This document shows positions 11,353 to 26,300 of a stretch of 64,000 nucleotides of DNA, piece after piece. The stretch is from Octopus bimaculoides. Its lineage: Eukaryota. Position 1 is the first letter of the stretch. Each line of letters starts with the position of its first letter. The notes under the pieces are model-generated. The model saw only the letters and a list, made by a program, of their open reading frames with translations. It searched no databases and had not been told where the DNA came from. The translations under genes and the position numbers were made by a program. Location: positions 54,391,908 to 54,455,907 of the forward strand of contig NC_068993.1 in assembly GCF_001194135.2 (NCBI RefSeq), read 5' to 3'.

Positions 11353-13405
11353 TATTTTATTGTTTCTACCCCGTCTTGTCGACTATCGATGATACTTGTA
11401 CAAAATATAACCGTCAAAGAACATAATAAAACAAAACAAAACAAAAACTAATTCTGCGACAAACGCAGCTTCACGTTGAACATGGTGCTAAGCCACGTGT
11501 CACGTGGTTTCACAAACAACAAGATTTTCCGAAGCAACACATTCTAACGGTTATTCCTCGTTGTTCCGTAACTGACGTTAAAGATTTCACGAACAGATTC
11601 GATTTCCTTCCCATAATTTTCTTAGTTATAAATCACAAATATTTAGTTAACAAGTTAATAATATCGAGCAACAATATATATTGTATTGCTTCAATGAGCT
11701 TGTTGACTATTTCGTATTAGAGTATGAGACAATGAAATAAATTACAATAGAGCCACTATCTACATTTTGTGGTATTAAACTTCATTTCCTTACATTTTGA
11801 GTTCAAAACACACAGTGATCGATCTCGCATTAAAAACATTGTCGAGGGTTCGGTAAAATAAATTCCATTGAAGTCATTATTACTAAGTTATTATTGCGAA
11901 CTTTGTTATAAAATTTATACTATAAAATATATTACGATAGTGGAATGACAACGCAGATAGAATACTCTAATAGACGTCTTTCGGCGTATAGTTAGGTCAC
12001 TTTACGTCCTGAGTTCAAATCTTGCTAGGGCCTCGTTAATTCCAAATACTTCTCCGTTTAATAATAATAATAAAAAAAAGAAAGAAAAAGAAACCCAACA
12101 GATATGTACCAACGTTAAAAATTTATATTTTACTATTAAAACACATGTGTACACTTCCTCAGGGAATAAATTGTAAATTCTCACATGATAGGAACAAGCA
12201 CTGGACAACTGGAACAATCAAGATTTGTCTCCTGTCACCGGAACTGCATCGTAAAGGTTCACAACTGACAATTTATGATTGTTTTCTGACCCTTTTTAGC
12301 ATCCTATTGTGGGTGATATTTAGCTTTTAACTCGATGTAAACTAGGGTTAAACCCTGGGTCCGTAAGATTTGTGAAGAAAAATGACCTTTTTTGATACAG
12401 ATATCATTAAAAATTAATTGTATAGCAGAAGGCACGGGAAAGGAAGGGAAGTAACTCATAACGACAGCGGCATAATAGTTTTTAAAGATTTACGTCCCCT
12501 GTAATTTTTTTTTAAGCAAAAGCCAATAAATAAATAATTTCAAAGATAACATTGCTGAAAATTGGGAAATGAAAGAGTAAAATCTAACAATAACAACAAC
12601 ATCAACATCTACTACTACTACTACTATGACGACGACAACGACGTCGAAGTGATGCCAGGCGGAACGACCAACTTGCGAGCAATGAAACAAGTAAGTTAGT
12701 TTAACATAGAGGCAAAAGTGAATAGCGTGAAACTTATACAAAAATTTGGGACTACCCCCAAAATACGTACCACATCACGCTCTATAGTGCATGCCGAAAC
12801 TGCAAAACTGAATCACTTGAGGCCAGGCTTCCCGTGAATGGATTCACCCGTCGAGAGAGAAAAAGGGACGCTTTAGCATGCTGTTCATTGAATTAGCGAA
12901 TAAACTGGCCGAGGGTTCCACAGACACACGCATCTTTAACGGGATACTCAAGCAGAATCAGTGTGACAAGGCTACACATTTGAATCACCTGTAGAGTCTA
13001 CTTAACAGGTTTCTAAATACTGTCCATTGACATAAGCTTTGCACACGCACATAAATAATTGTGATGGTGATGAGGCAGCAACTCTTGATGGAATTGTAGG
13101 GATGCTGATTTCTTTCAGTGTGTCTGTGTGTGTAAGAGAGAGAGAGAGGAGACAGGAGAGTGTGTGTGTGTGTGTGAAGGACTGTGTGTGTGTGTGTGTG
13201 AGGAACTGTGTGTGTATGTGTGAGAGAGAGAGTGTGTGTGAGGGACTGTGTGTTATGTGAGCGAGAGTGTGTGTGAGGGCTGTGTGTGTATGTGAGAGAG
13301 AGAGAGTGTGTGTGTGTATGTGAGCGAGAGTGTATGTGAGGGACTGTGTGTGTGTATGTGAGAGAGAGAGTGTGTGTGTGAGGGACTGTGTGTGTGTGTG
13401 AGAGC

Positions 13406-13441
<36 letters not shown>

Positions 13442-13619
13442 GATTGACCCAGATCCATAATTAGTTCTATAGTAATTGCACTGGAAAAGATGAAAAGCAA
13501 CAAAGTTTGCCTTGGAAGGAACTGAACTAACAACCCACCAGAATGAACATGACAAAGCATTCTATTTAATATTGTAATGATTTTGTAATAATTATATATA
13601 TGTATGGTTGTATGTTATA

Positions 13620-14010
13620 TGAAGGCTGATGGCTCAGTGGTTAGAGTTTCGGGCTCACAATAAGAAGGTAGTAAGTTCAATTCTTAGACTAGGCTGTGTT
13701 GTGTTGTGCAAGACACTTTATTTCATGTTGCTCCAGTTCACTCAGTTGTAGAAATGAGTTGCAATGTCACTGGTGTCAGGCTGTATCAGCCTTTGCCATT
13801 CTCTTGGATGACATTCATGGCACGGAGAAGGTAGACAGGTCATGCATGGGTGACTGCTAGTCTTCCATAAACAATTTCGCCTGACTTGTGCCTCAGAAGG
13901 TAACTATGCCTTAGAGGGTAACTGATGCACAGTTATCCTCTGGTAACTGTGCCTCAGAGGGTAACTTTCTAGGTGTAATCCCATGGTCATTCATGACTGA
14001 AAGGGGTCTA
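13620..14010 (+). mobile_element. tRNA-derived SINE, type D-like head and core with a different tail
   Basis: ggctcagtggttagagtttcgggctcac head and gcaagacactttatttcatgttgctccagttcactcag core. Confidence 0.6.
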
Positions 14011-14184
14011 TGTGTATGTTATATTCAGTAAGACTCAGCTCAAAGAAAAAGGATGGATAAGGAAGAACAACAAAACTAAAATTGTTAAGATTAAAATGTT
14101 TTATTGGAGTTACAGAGAAAAATGAGTGGATGTGGTTGAAATTGGATAATCATAGAATTTGACATGGTGGTTCTCCTGGTTGCT

Positions 14185-14215
<31 letters not shown>

Positions 14216-15172
14216 ATGTATGTGTATCTGTGTACATGTTTGTGCATGTGCAGGCACACGATAGATACATACCCAGTAACACATACATATATATGAACAC
14301 ATAAGTATATATATATATATATATATATGTAGATTGAGATAGAAAGTAAGAAAAGAGTATATTTATGAGAGACAAAAAATGGGATATATANNNNNNNNNN
14401 NNNNNNNNNNNNNNNNNNNNNNNNNNNNNNNNNNNNNNNNNNNNNNNNNNNNNNNNNNNNNNNNNNNNNNNNNNNNNNNNNNNNNNNNNNNNNNNNNNNN
14501 NNNNNNNNNNNNNNNNNNNNNNNNNNNNNNNNNNNNNNNNNNNNNNNNNNNNNNNNNNNNNNNNNNNNNNNNNNNNNNNNNNNNNNNNNNNNNNNNNNNN
14601 NNNNNNNNNNNNNNNNNNNNNNNNNNNNNNNNNNNNNNNNNNNNNNNNNNNNNNNNNNNNNNNNNNNNNNNNNNNNNNNNNNNNNNNNNNNNNNNNNNNN
14701 NNNNNNNNNNNNNNNNNNNNNNNNNNNNNNNNNNNNNNNNNNNNNNNNNNNNNNNNNNNNNNNNNNNNNNNNNNNNNNNNNNNNNNNNNNNNNNNNNNNN
14801 NNNNNNNNNNNNNNNNNNNNNNNNNNNNNNNNNNNNNNNNNNNNNNNNNNNNNNNNNNNNNNNNNNNNNNNNNNNNNNNNNNNNNNNNNNNNNNNNNNNN
14901 NNNNNNNNNNNNNNNNNNNNNNNNNNNNNNNNNNNNNNNNNNNNNNNNNNNNNNNNNNNNNNNNNNNNNNNNNNNNNNNNNNNNNNNNNNNNNNNNNAAG
15001 AGAGCGAACAAAGAAAGAGAGAACGAGTGAAGTTGTGGTTAATTAAAGGAGAGGCAAAAACAATGCTTTATCTGGCGATGATCATGGTGCTGATGTTGAT
15101 GATGATGATGGAGACGATATCGATGATGGCGATGCTAGTGATGATAACGATGATGATGATAAATATTGCGAC

Positions 15173-15207
<35 letters not shown>

Positions 15208-15830
15208 CAACGGGATTGCTTTTTATATTTACTTTGCTTGCATTTTCATTTCACCATCTTTCTGCTCTCCCCTGCCTCAGCCCCTCCCCCCTCGTCTGAA
15301 AAGTTAGTGTTTTTTTTTTTTTAATTGGATAGGATTGCAACCAGGGATGACAGCAGTGAATATTAAAGGACTTTGGCTTAAACATACATATTTCATGTGA
15401 ATAAATACATATCTCTTATGCTTACATATGTATATTTATGTTTGCGTATATATGTGTGTGTGTGTTTGTATGCATATCAGAATATGAATACACACAATCT
15501 CACAAATATATACATACAAAGGAGAGGGTGAGAGACAAGGGGAGATAATTGTACTTTCCTTAATGTTTGCTGTTGTATGGGGTAGAAGAAGATTGAGCCG
15601 GGTAGTATGGATTGGCATTCATGTCCACACATACATGCAGACGTGCATATGCACATACACATGTGCATTACACACATATGCCACACAGGCATGCACCATA
15701 CACAAATATATAGACGTGTTGACTGATAGACATAAAAACATACAACCACATTCATATATACACTACATGTGTGTATCATGTATAGTGTAAGCATTCATGT
15801 TGCACACGCACAGACACATACATCAAGTGT

Positions 15831-15876
<46 letters not shown>

Positions 15877-16739
15877 ACTCTAGCATTATTGACATGCGTA
15901 CATTTTAACATACATACACTAATACACCTACATGCATACATACATATGTACATACGTACATACATACACATGTACATATGTACACAGAAAGCTTTATTGA
16001 AAATATGAGTGATGAAGAATTTTAGTTGAGTAAAGTGGAATAGCTGCCCTACCCCACAAACAGCATCTTCAGCATTACCAAGCACTGGATTTGATCCAGA
16101 GAACAAGATGGTAAAAGAAATGGAAAGAAAGGTAATATATTGCAATGTTTTTGTTAGATCAGAATATTTTTTTTTCATTTGTCATTCAATTTCTCTAGAG
16201 ACCATCTTCAGATATACAGTGGATATAAGTGTGTTGAAGTGACCACCACGACTGCTTCTACTGCCCTAGCAGGCAGAATGTGTTCTAGATTTAAAGGGGT
16301 CAACATTTATTATGAGATGAGCACTTTCACAAGGGGGATCAGAAGCCCAGTGGTCAGTGAAAGGCCATTAATTTGTGCATATCAGCCAATAAAGGTAAGT
16401 AGCTGGTCATCTTCAATTACACATCTTTCATATACTGACCTTCTCCCACAACACCACGTGCGTATAAAATGAATGTACCTCTCATTCTATGTAATGGTCA
16501 GTTTATGCGGACCAGGCAATCTTTATCAAGGGTTATAAAATAATATAAATTATGCCACCATCAGACTAACAGTAAGCTCGGGCCATTGGTGGTTTATCCT
16601 CAGTGATATAGCGGTCACTTATGCTCACTAGACTGTCCATTTCAACTCTGTCCACTGGTTGAGTAGCTGGTTTGTTGGGCCAGCAACCACAGATCATTAT
16701 TACAATACAATACATATATAAGTGGTAACAGCTGTAACG

Positions 16740-17760
16740 TGTGTATGAGGAGGTTCTGTGTTGTTATGTCATGATAATGTTTTCTTTATTGTAGACAGCA
16801 TGACAGGTCTTCATATAACACAAACCTCTTATTACATAGTGTCACAAAACTGTTATATTATACATTCAACTTGTTACACACAATGTCACAAAACTGCTAT
16901 GTAACACACACCACTGGTTACATAACATCACCGTACAGTTATGTAACACAGACCACTCGTTACAAAGTGTCACCAAACTTATGTAATACAAACATTATTT
17001 GTTACACATGTTACAAAACTGCAATGTAACATTGAGCACTTGTTACACATCCTATTACACAATTGTAGTGTAACACCAATAAATTTGTTATATAAACTGT
17101 CATGTATTGTCATCAAATACTTGTGTAACAGCAATAAAATGTTTCATATCATAATGCTATGTAGTATGTGACCAACTGGCACAGGTAGTGTAACACCGAT
17201 TGCATGTTTTATCGGTACAAACTCCAATGTAACAACAACAATATGTTACTTCCTCACAAAAATCTAACATAACAGCAACTGTATTTTAAAACAGAAATAT
17301 TACTACATATTGTAACATCAAAACTATGTTACACTATTTCTAAACTCTAGTGTAACACCAACATTATGTTACACTAGTTAATTAATGCTAGTGTAACACA
17401 CAAAAATCTATGTTACACTATCACTAAATTCTTGTGCAATCTTCATATCAGAGTAACACATTGTGTTAGTAACTGTTACTATGACCACAACACTATATTA
17501 CATAACCTTTCAACTCTAGTGTCACATATTGTTACAGCTTTATGTCACATATTGTTACAGCTTTATGTCACATATTGTTACAGCTTTATGTCACATACTG
17601 TTACAGCTTTATATCACATATTGATACAAATTTCCAGCATAACATAGACTGTATTTCATATATTAGGCTTGAAAAAAAAAAACCTACTGTAACATGACTT
17701 GTATGTTACATATCATGTCACACACCTTATGTGTAATATCAAATGCATATTACAGAAGAT
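16740..17760. repeat. Degenerate TGTAACA/TGTTACA-rich satellite containing a 23-bp tandem array at 17521-17621
   Basis: Dozens of gttacac/gtaacac words in both orientations; unit gtcacatattgttacagctttat repeated about 4.4 times. Confidence 0.7.
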
Positions 17761-17911
17761 GTGACTGCTGTTGCATCTCAGTGCTGATACTTCCCTCGCA
17801 AACAATGAAATATGTTGTCCCACCATAATCCTCTACAACAAATAACAACAACAAAAAGAATAAAATCTATCCCACCCCCTGCCAGATTACATGTATATAT
17901 GTGTGAATGTA

Positions 17912-17944
<33 letters not shown>

Positions 17945-18071
17945 TGTGTGTGTTTATGTATGTGCATATGTATATATACACACACATACACATACATGTT
18001 TATGTGTGTATATACATGTATATACATATGTATATGTGTACATATATATATATATATACGTACATATGTGA

Positions 18072-18107
<36 letters not shown>

Positions 18108-18130
18108 GTGCATAAAAATGTATTTATGTA

Positions 18131-18216
<86 letters not shown>

Positions 18217-19021
18217 TGTATATGTATGTACATATATATATATATCGATGTGTATATTATATATGTGTATGCATAGATTTTATATACATATGCCTTACAT
18301 ATATATACAAATACATATGTACACACATATATGTATGTAAATATATATATATGTACAAAATATATGTATGTATATACGTATACACATAAACATGTATATA
18401 TGTATCTGTTCTGTTGATATGGTTTGGTTATGAATATTGATGGAAAAAAATGAATAATACAATGTAATAAACTGTTACTATCAAAATAGAGAGTAAAGAT
18501 AAATTTCACATCTATATATATATATATATATATATNNNNNNNNNNNNNNNNNNNNNNNNNNNNNNNNNNNNNNNNNNNNNNNNNNNNNNNNNNNNNNNNN
18601 NNNNNNNNNNNNNNNNNNNNNNNNNNNNNNNNNNNNNNNNNNNNNNNNNNNNNNNNNNNNNNNNNNNNNNNNNNNNNNNNNNNNNNNNNNNNNNNNNNNN
18701 NNNNNNNNNNNNNNNNNNNNNNNNNNNNNNNNNNNNNNNNNNNNNNNNNNNNNNNNNNNNNNNNNNNNNNNNNNNNNNNNNNNNNNNNNNNNNNNNNNNN
18801 NNNNNNNNNNNNNNNNNNNNNNNNNNNNNNNNNNNNNNNNNNNNNNNNNNNNNNNNNNNNNNNNNNNNNNNNNNNNNNNNNNNNNNNNNNNNNNNNNNNN
18901 NNNNNNNNNNNNNNNNNNNNNNNNNNNNNNNNNNNNNNNNNNNNNNNNNNNNNNNNNNNNNNNNNNNNNNNNNNNNNNNNNNNNNNNNNNNNNNNNNNNN
19001 NNNNNNNNNNNNNNNNNNNNN

Positions 19022-19056
<35 letters not shown>

Positions 19057-19480
19057 CATATATACATATACATACACACAGACACACACTCACACATCAG
19101 TGGCATTTCCTGGATAAAATCAAGGCACGCAATGACATGCACAAGTTGTGATAGTGAATGCATAATAGAACGAAATCAATTTTTAAGTAAATCCTTCAGT
19201 TTTCACAAGTGATACCTGGAAAGTGGGTACATGCAGGCTATGTGTACACCCTATTTAAATTGTATGGTTTTTTTTTTTTTTTTTGATCTTTAAAATTGCA
19301 TGCTCAGGTTTATGCACTAAGAAGCACCACTGATACACACATACATATATATGTATATATATGTGTGTATATATGAATATTGAATATGTACACATATACA
19401 TATATGTGTGTGTGCGTGTGGATATATATATGTGTATATATATATATATATGTGTATATATATAATATATATAATATATA

Positions 19481-19538
<58 letters not shown>

Positions 19539-20181
19539 NNNNNNNNNNNNNNNNNNNNNNNNNNNNNNNNNNNNNNNNNNNNNNNNNNNNNNNNNNNNNN
19601 NNNNNNNNNNNNNNNNNNNNNNNNNNNNNNNNNNNNNNNNNNNNNNNNNNNNNNNNNNNNNNNNNNNNNNNNNNNNNNNNNNNNNNNNNNNNNNNNNNNN
19701 NNNNNNNNNNNNNNNNNNNNNNNNNNNNNNNNNNNNNNNNNNNNNNNNNNNNNNNNNNNNNNNNNNNNNNNNAAAAAAAAAAAAAAAAAAAAGAATGGAT
19801 TAAAAGACAACCAAAAAGAAAAAAAAAGGGTAAATAAATAAATAAAAATAAGATGAATGAATAACAATTGGTTCCTCTCTCTTTTTGTTTGTAATAATTC
19901 TTGTTGTTGTTGGTTGTTTTCCGTGTTCTTATTGTTCTTCTAGTTTCATAATGCTTTGGACATATTGTATTATCTGGGTTGTGTTATCTTCTTTCCTTTC
20001 ATTATGTCTTGTTCTTTTGTTTCCATTCCATCCATCCATCCCCCAGAGTATATCATACAAATAAGAGTTTTGGCTTGTAATAATAATAATTATTAATTTA
20101 ATTAATTAATATTTGCTTCAGACCAGAAAGGGGATTGAAATGTTAGCGTGACAATGATTTGGTAAGTATTCTTATATATGG

Positions 20182-20234
<53 letters not shown>

Positions 20235-20347
20235 TGTGATTTAGAAATGATTTAGTGAAATATTTTATATATAGATGTATGTATATATACATACATACCA
20301 TACATGAACACACACATAGACAGATAATACATATATGTATATAAATA

Positions 20348-20393
<46 letters not shown>

Positions 20394-20984
20394 GTATATA
20401 TATATGTATATATATGTATGTATGTATAGTATGTATATGTGTATGAATATGTATATATAAAAATAATACAAATGTTTGAGGGACATTTCATTGGTTTTGG
20501 TGATAAATGTTTAATTTGTTAAACCAACTGGACTTCTTACTTGTTAGATTAAAGTATATAGGCTGAATATTGCGCCCTTGAAAAGCCCAGGCTGAATATT
20601 GGACCAATAACACATTAATTTAAGAAGTAATCCGCCATAGCATGTATCCTTAATGTAATTATTGAGTGAAATCAGCATGACAAGAAAGTGAAAAGTGTGG
20701 CTCTTTAAATTACAGCGACTATGGGCTTCCATAGTTTCTGTTTAGATAGTTTCACACACAAGCCTTGGGTTGAGGCAAGGCTCTGACAAGGGACACTCAA
20801 ATCAGCTGCGAGAACCTCATGATTGCGAAGCAAGCTTCTTGATCACTTGGTTATATCTGCATCCATGACATGTATAATAACATACACACATGTATCTATC
20901 CTATATATGTGTGTGTATATATCTGTATTACATTATTATATCTATTCTTATATATATATATATATGTATGTATATGTAATATAC

Positions 20985-21025
<41 letters not shown>

Positions 21026-21509
21026 TTATATATATAATATACATATATATATTATATATATATATGTATGTGTTTACACACATATATATATACACATGCA
21101 CATATATATGTACACATATATACACATCACACATGTGCATACACATATATAAATGTAAATAAATAAAAGTTACAAAAATTTAGAAAGAAAAGAATTAAAA
21201 AAAAGGAAAGAATAAAAGTGAAAAATAAAATATGGAATCCTCATTCTCGTCAGATAACAGTTGCTTTAAAAGTGCCCAATTTTGTTTAATCCTTCCAGTT
21301 TTAGTGGGCAGAGATATGTATTTAATGTGTCCCATCTCCCACCCGAACCTTGTATGTATCCCAGAGAGTTTGTCGTTGATCTTAGGTGACATAGAATAAG
21401 CAATTTACTATACTCTGTCTTCAGAACATGAACATACAACCTATAAATTCTAATATTTTATCCACTTGACCATTTCGTCTTTACTTTCTTTTGAATTATC
21501 TAAAATAAT

Positions 21510-21875
21510 GTGGAGGCACAATGGCCCAGTGGTTAGGGCAGCGGACTCGCAATCATAGGATCGCAGTTTCAATTCCCAGACCGGGTGTTGTGAGTGTTTA
21601 TTGAGCGAAAACACCTAAAAACTCCACGAGGCTCCAGCAGGGGTTGGTGGCGAACCCTGTTGTACTCTTTTACCACAACTTTCTCTCACTCTTTCTTCCT
21701 GTTGCTGTTGTGCCTGTAATTCAAAGGGCCAGCCTTGTCACACTCTGTGTCACACTGAATCTCCCTGAGAACTACGTTAAGGGTACACGTGTCTGTGGAG
21801 TGCTCAGCCACTTGCACGTTAATTTCACTAGCAGGCTGTTCCATTAATCGGATCAACTGGAACCGACGGAGTGCC
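21510..21875 (+). mobile_element. tRNA-derived SINE type C, full length
   Basis: Highly similar to 59785-60051; its 3' half is the same tail as in type D SINEs. Confidence 0.8.
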
Positions 21876-23209
21876 ACGAACTAAAATAATAAATTATAAA
21901 ACAGGTACAACACCTACTTTTTGGACACAGATGTCCCGGAACCCATCATAATCTGCACTAATTTATAAGCAGAAACTTCAGATTCATGTAACCAACAGAT
22001 TAGTTTACTGGTACCTTGTATAGACTAGTATCTTGCACAATATGATATTAATAAATTTGTATCATTTATACTAATGCACTTGATTTTATCTAGTTTAGAA
22101 GGATGACTGGTAACGTTGACTTCAGTAGAGCTTGAAGTCAGAATGAAACAAGACATAACTAAAAACTGCAAAGAATTTTGTCTGGCATTCCATTAATTCT
22201 ACCATTCACAACCGTGGTTGTTTTACCCTAGTACTCTACTGATTCCACCACTGACAACTTTGGCATTTGACACTTTACCAATTCTACTATCCACAACCCT
22301 AGCATTCTACTAATTCTACCATTCTGTAACCCTTAATAATGGAAAAAAATTCTGATTAAAATTGGTTTTTGGTGGTGAAAATTTGTGTTTATGAAATTTT
22401 AATTCTGATGGAAATAAACTGTTCATGTTGGCCGAACTGGGATGATACTGAGCGGTCTTCATGCCTGTCTCCACATTATTTATATAATCACTGTGAAGGC
22501 GCTTGGCCTAGTGGTTAGACTGTTGCACTCATGAGCAGAAGATTGTGGTTTCAATTCCCAGACTGGGTGGTGCATTGTGTTCTTGAGCAAAACTCTTTGT
22601 TTCATGTTGCTCTACAATCACTTCAGTATCGAATGTGTGGTACACCATGCACCTGTACAGGTAATGTTGATTTGATGGAGGGAATGAGCTAATGTACACC
22701 ACGGACATTTGATCACTTTGATTTGTTTAAAATCATCTGTGTTTATTGCTCACCAAGAAATTGTGGAATCCTCAACTGCTTTCTATTTCAGAAGAGTTCA
22801 CCACATATCACTAAGAGGGAGCTGGTCACAACCAATAAATGAAACATTGATTTCCTATATTATAGCAAGGTTGTGGATTTATAAGGGAGTAGAAAGCCGG
22901 GGCTGAAGGGGAGAGATTAATGACCATCTTCGTCAATGGCATTAACGATGTAAGTCACTGTTGGATGCTACAAATGGTTTCCACTGGGTTTGAAACACAC
23001 TTCTGTAGGTTCTACTGCTTCAGAACTTGTCTACAGGCATCACCACATGAAATGATAATAATAATATTAATAATAATAATAATAATAATAATAGTAGTAG
23101 TTTTTATTGTAAATGTTTCCATTTTATTTGGAATTAAAAAACAAACAAGCAAATTTTTTTTTTTTTTGTTCTGAGAATATCTACAAATATAAGTTTTAGA
23201 ACATTCCAT

Positions 23210-23780
23210 ACTGTACAGTACTGTACTGACCATGATTATACTGCACTATCAACCAACTCTGCACTATTGTCAACAGCTTCACTATACTGTCAATAACCCT
23301 ACTGTACTATCAATAACTCTGCTGTACAGTCAACTTTACTCTGTTGTCAATAATCCTGCTGTACTATATTATTAATAACATTACTGTCAATAACTCAACT
23401 GTACTGTTAATGACTACTGTAATGTCAATAATTCTGCTGTACTGTATTGTCAACAAATCCATTGTAATGTCAATGACTCTAACTGTATAACTCTGTTGTC
23501 AACAACTCCCTCTACTATATATTCTCACTACTTCTACTGTAAAAGTCTGCCTATAGCTCAACAGGCCATGAATAACTGCTGCATTGCACTGTCAATGACT
23601 TTATTGTATAGTTCTGTCAGTGTAGTCTCCTGTACTGTCAAAACAGTTGACTGTACTGTCAAGAACCATCCACTGTACTGTCAATACTATCTACTGTACT
23701 ATCAAAGACATTTAGTGTCACACTTCTATGATACTAAACTGTCAATACCTCTATGTATACTGCAGTGTACTGTTAATGCC
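23210..23780. repeat. Degenerate ACTGT/CTGTCAATA cryptic satellite
   Basis: Recurrent tactgtactgtcaa-type words without a fixed period. Confidence 0.55.
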
Positions 23781-24543
23781 TCTTTTGTACTGTACTGGAA
23801 ATTAATTACAAAATATTTAACAAAACACAAAACAACATTAACAACAAAAAGAAAAAAAGAAATAAAAGAAAAGTTTTGTTTGAAAGAAAACAAAAGTAAA
23901 CAAAAAAAAAACAAGAAAAACTGAAGAAACCATTATATATATATGCATATTTGTGTGTGTGTATGTGAGTGAATATATATATGTGTGTGTGTATGTATCA
24001 GTATGGCTAGTGTGTATATCTCTTCATATCTGTTTGTTCAGTTAAAACATGACGGAAAGATAATTCTTTCACTTTCTAACGAAACTGCTATGTCAACAAG
24101 AAGGAAGAATATATATCTATATAACGTTTCCTATGATAAATGTAATGGAGGGACAGTGAGTCACACGTTTCTGTGTCTTTGATAAGCCATCATCGGAGCA
24201 AGGGTGATTGTGTTTGTCTTGGAGAAATAACTTACAGGTGAACGGAAATCGATCGAAGATAGATACTCGAATATTTGGTCGAAACCACGTTGAAACGAGT
24301 CTGTTGAGTGGTGAAAAAGGGAGTATTGTAACAACGTGAAATACACTCCGATGATGCCCCAAACTTGTTCAGTCCTTCCATAACAGTTAACTTAAGGGCA
24401 TTAAGAATACAGACTTTCCTCCAAATTATCAGCAGTTTCTGTAGAAAGTAAAAAGGAACTGAGTATAAAATTGATTAAAAAATTTCCCAGTCATCATGTA
24501 TTCAAACTGATATATATATGCATATGTACATACACACACACAA

Positions 24544-24591
<48 letters not shown>

Positions 24592-25485
24592 TTTTATATA
24601 TATATATTTATATATATAGATACACACACACACATACATGTATACAGACGTGTTATATATGTATATATATATGTATGTGTGTGTATGTATGTATGTAATG
24701 CATGTTGCATGCTGACTAAATATTTTCTATGTACAAATAGGATACATGGCCGATTTAAAGCCAGAGCAGTTTTTTTTGTCTTCTTTAAACCACCCCAGTC
24801 ATGGTTATCTCCCCTTACAAGCCAAGGCAACGTGGCGACGATGGACAACTTTAACATAAAAATAAGTTTTTCATTTTTTTTTTTTTCTCCTGTCAAAAAT
24901 ACCATCTTATGTCACACAAACTACTGTGAATTATCGATAAAGGATCCTGTGATTTTTAAATATTATATCAAAGTGGTTTTGTCATGTTCTTAAAATAAAG
25001 ATTCTTTTTTCTTTTCTCACCCTTTTATATTAATTGATCCAATTCGATGCTGTGTTTCCTCATGGTAGAAAATATATGTCTTGTTTGAACATAACTTCCG
25101 AATTTTATATCTAACGTCCAACAAAAAAATATACCTCATTCAGTGTTCGGATGAAGAATGTTACGTTTGTTGTTGTATAGGATGTAATGGTCCTTATTCT
25201 TCTCATAAACATTAGTCAATTATTTTTCAGTACAACCCTTTTGTATTTTCTCTTGTTTCTTGAAGTCTTTATATGTCACTTTCATATTTTAGTCGCCTTT
25301 TACTTCAACTAGTTATTTTTTTTTTATTTAACAAATGATTTTATGAGGTTGGGGGGAAAATATTAACCATAAAAAAGTTAATGAAGGGTAAACTAAAAAA
25401 AAAAAAGAGGAAAAACTCAAGGGGTGGGGTAAGAGGAAGTAAACTAAATTGAAATAAAGAGTGAAATAATTGCACAAAGTAGTCC

Positions 25486-26300
25486 TTATTGGTTGAGGTT
25501 TGTCAAACTTTCTTGACTATTTGACTTTCGTTTCCATGCATGTTTCCAGATATTGGAGAGACATACTGTAGAATGGAATCGGAAGAAGATAATAAGTGGT
25601 ATAGAAATATGTGTGAATATATTCCAGGCCATAACTCCATAGAAACGCATTTGTGCGGGATTGAACTCGGAGCGGTGAATCTCAAACGTGTAGATACCCC
25701 ACATGGCTATATTACAAACCATTAGGAAAGTAATAAATTCTCGTCCAGTCTTCTGCCTCTGTAATTGTGGTGTATGAGCTGTACGTCGTATACCATTCAA
25801 TATAAACATAGTTTGCAGAGATGATTCAAATATGGCGAGAATACTGGACAGGAGAATTATTAAACCGCTTCGATCGATCCCTTCCACACCAATGGCTATG
25901 ATACTGAGGAAACCAAATATATATTCGCCTGGTAATGAAACAATTAGTAGCATTTCTTCGAGGGAGAGCTCGCTTTTCAAACTAAATCGTAAATCTTTCA
26001 TCCTAACGAAAGCTAGGATGAGTGCTATAGATGCGATAACATTGAGGACAACTTGAGAAAGATGTTCTAGCTGGATGGCTGCGTCTGTGTAAGACGGATT
26101 ATTGATTAGCATGAAGAAGACTATCATTGAGATAACAGCTGACACCAGTATAAAAATACCCATAAATAAACCACGACTTGATGACGAGCAGTCGACACTT
26201 AGCTTCTGAGATCGAACCTTAGCCTCGCGCTGACTCTCTTCGTCGCTAGATTGGTAAAGAAGTTGCTTTCCGATGTTGGACCACATTACATACAGGATTC
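25486..26300 (-). CDS. Otop: Otopetrin proton channel, last coding exon (end of TM6 through TM12)
   Basis: Acceptor aaaccAG; reads (G)ILYVMWSNIGK...GLFMGIF...FESSLQTMFI...GREFITFLMVCNIAMW...FYG...W...IPLIIFFRFHSTVCLSNIWK, which are diagnostic otopetrin motifs; stop at 25486-25488. Confidence 0.95.

Noticed and set aside
24236-24300. Minus-strand exon-like segment (SFQRGFDQIFEYLSSIDFRSP) with good splice signals
   Set aside because: It lies past the otopetrin stop, and I found no partner exons or homology; unsupported without RNA data.
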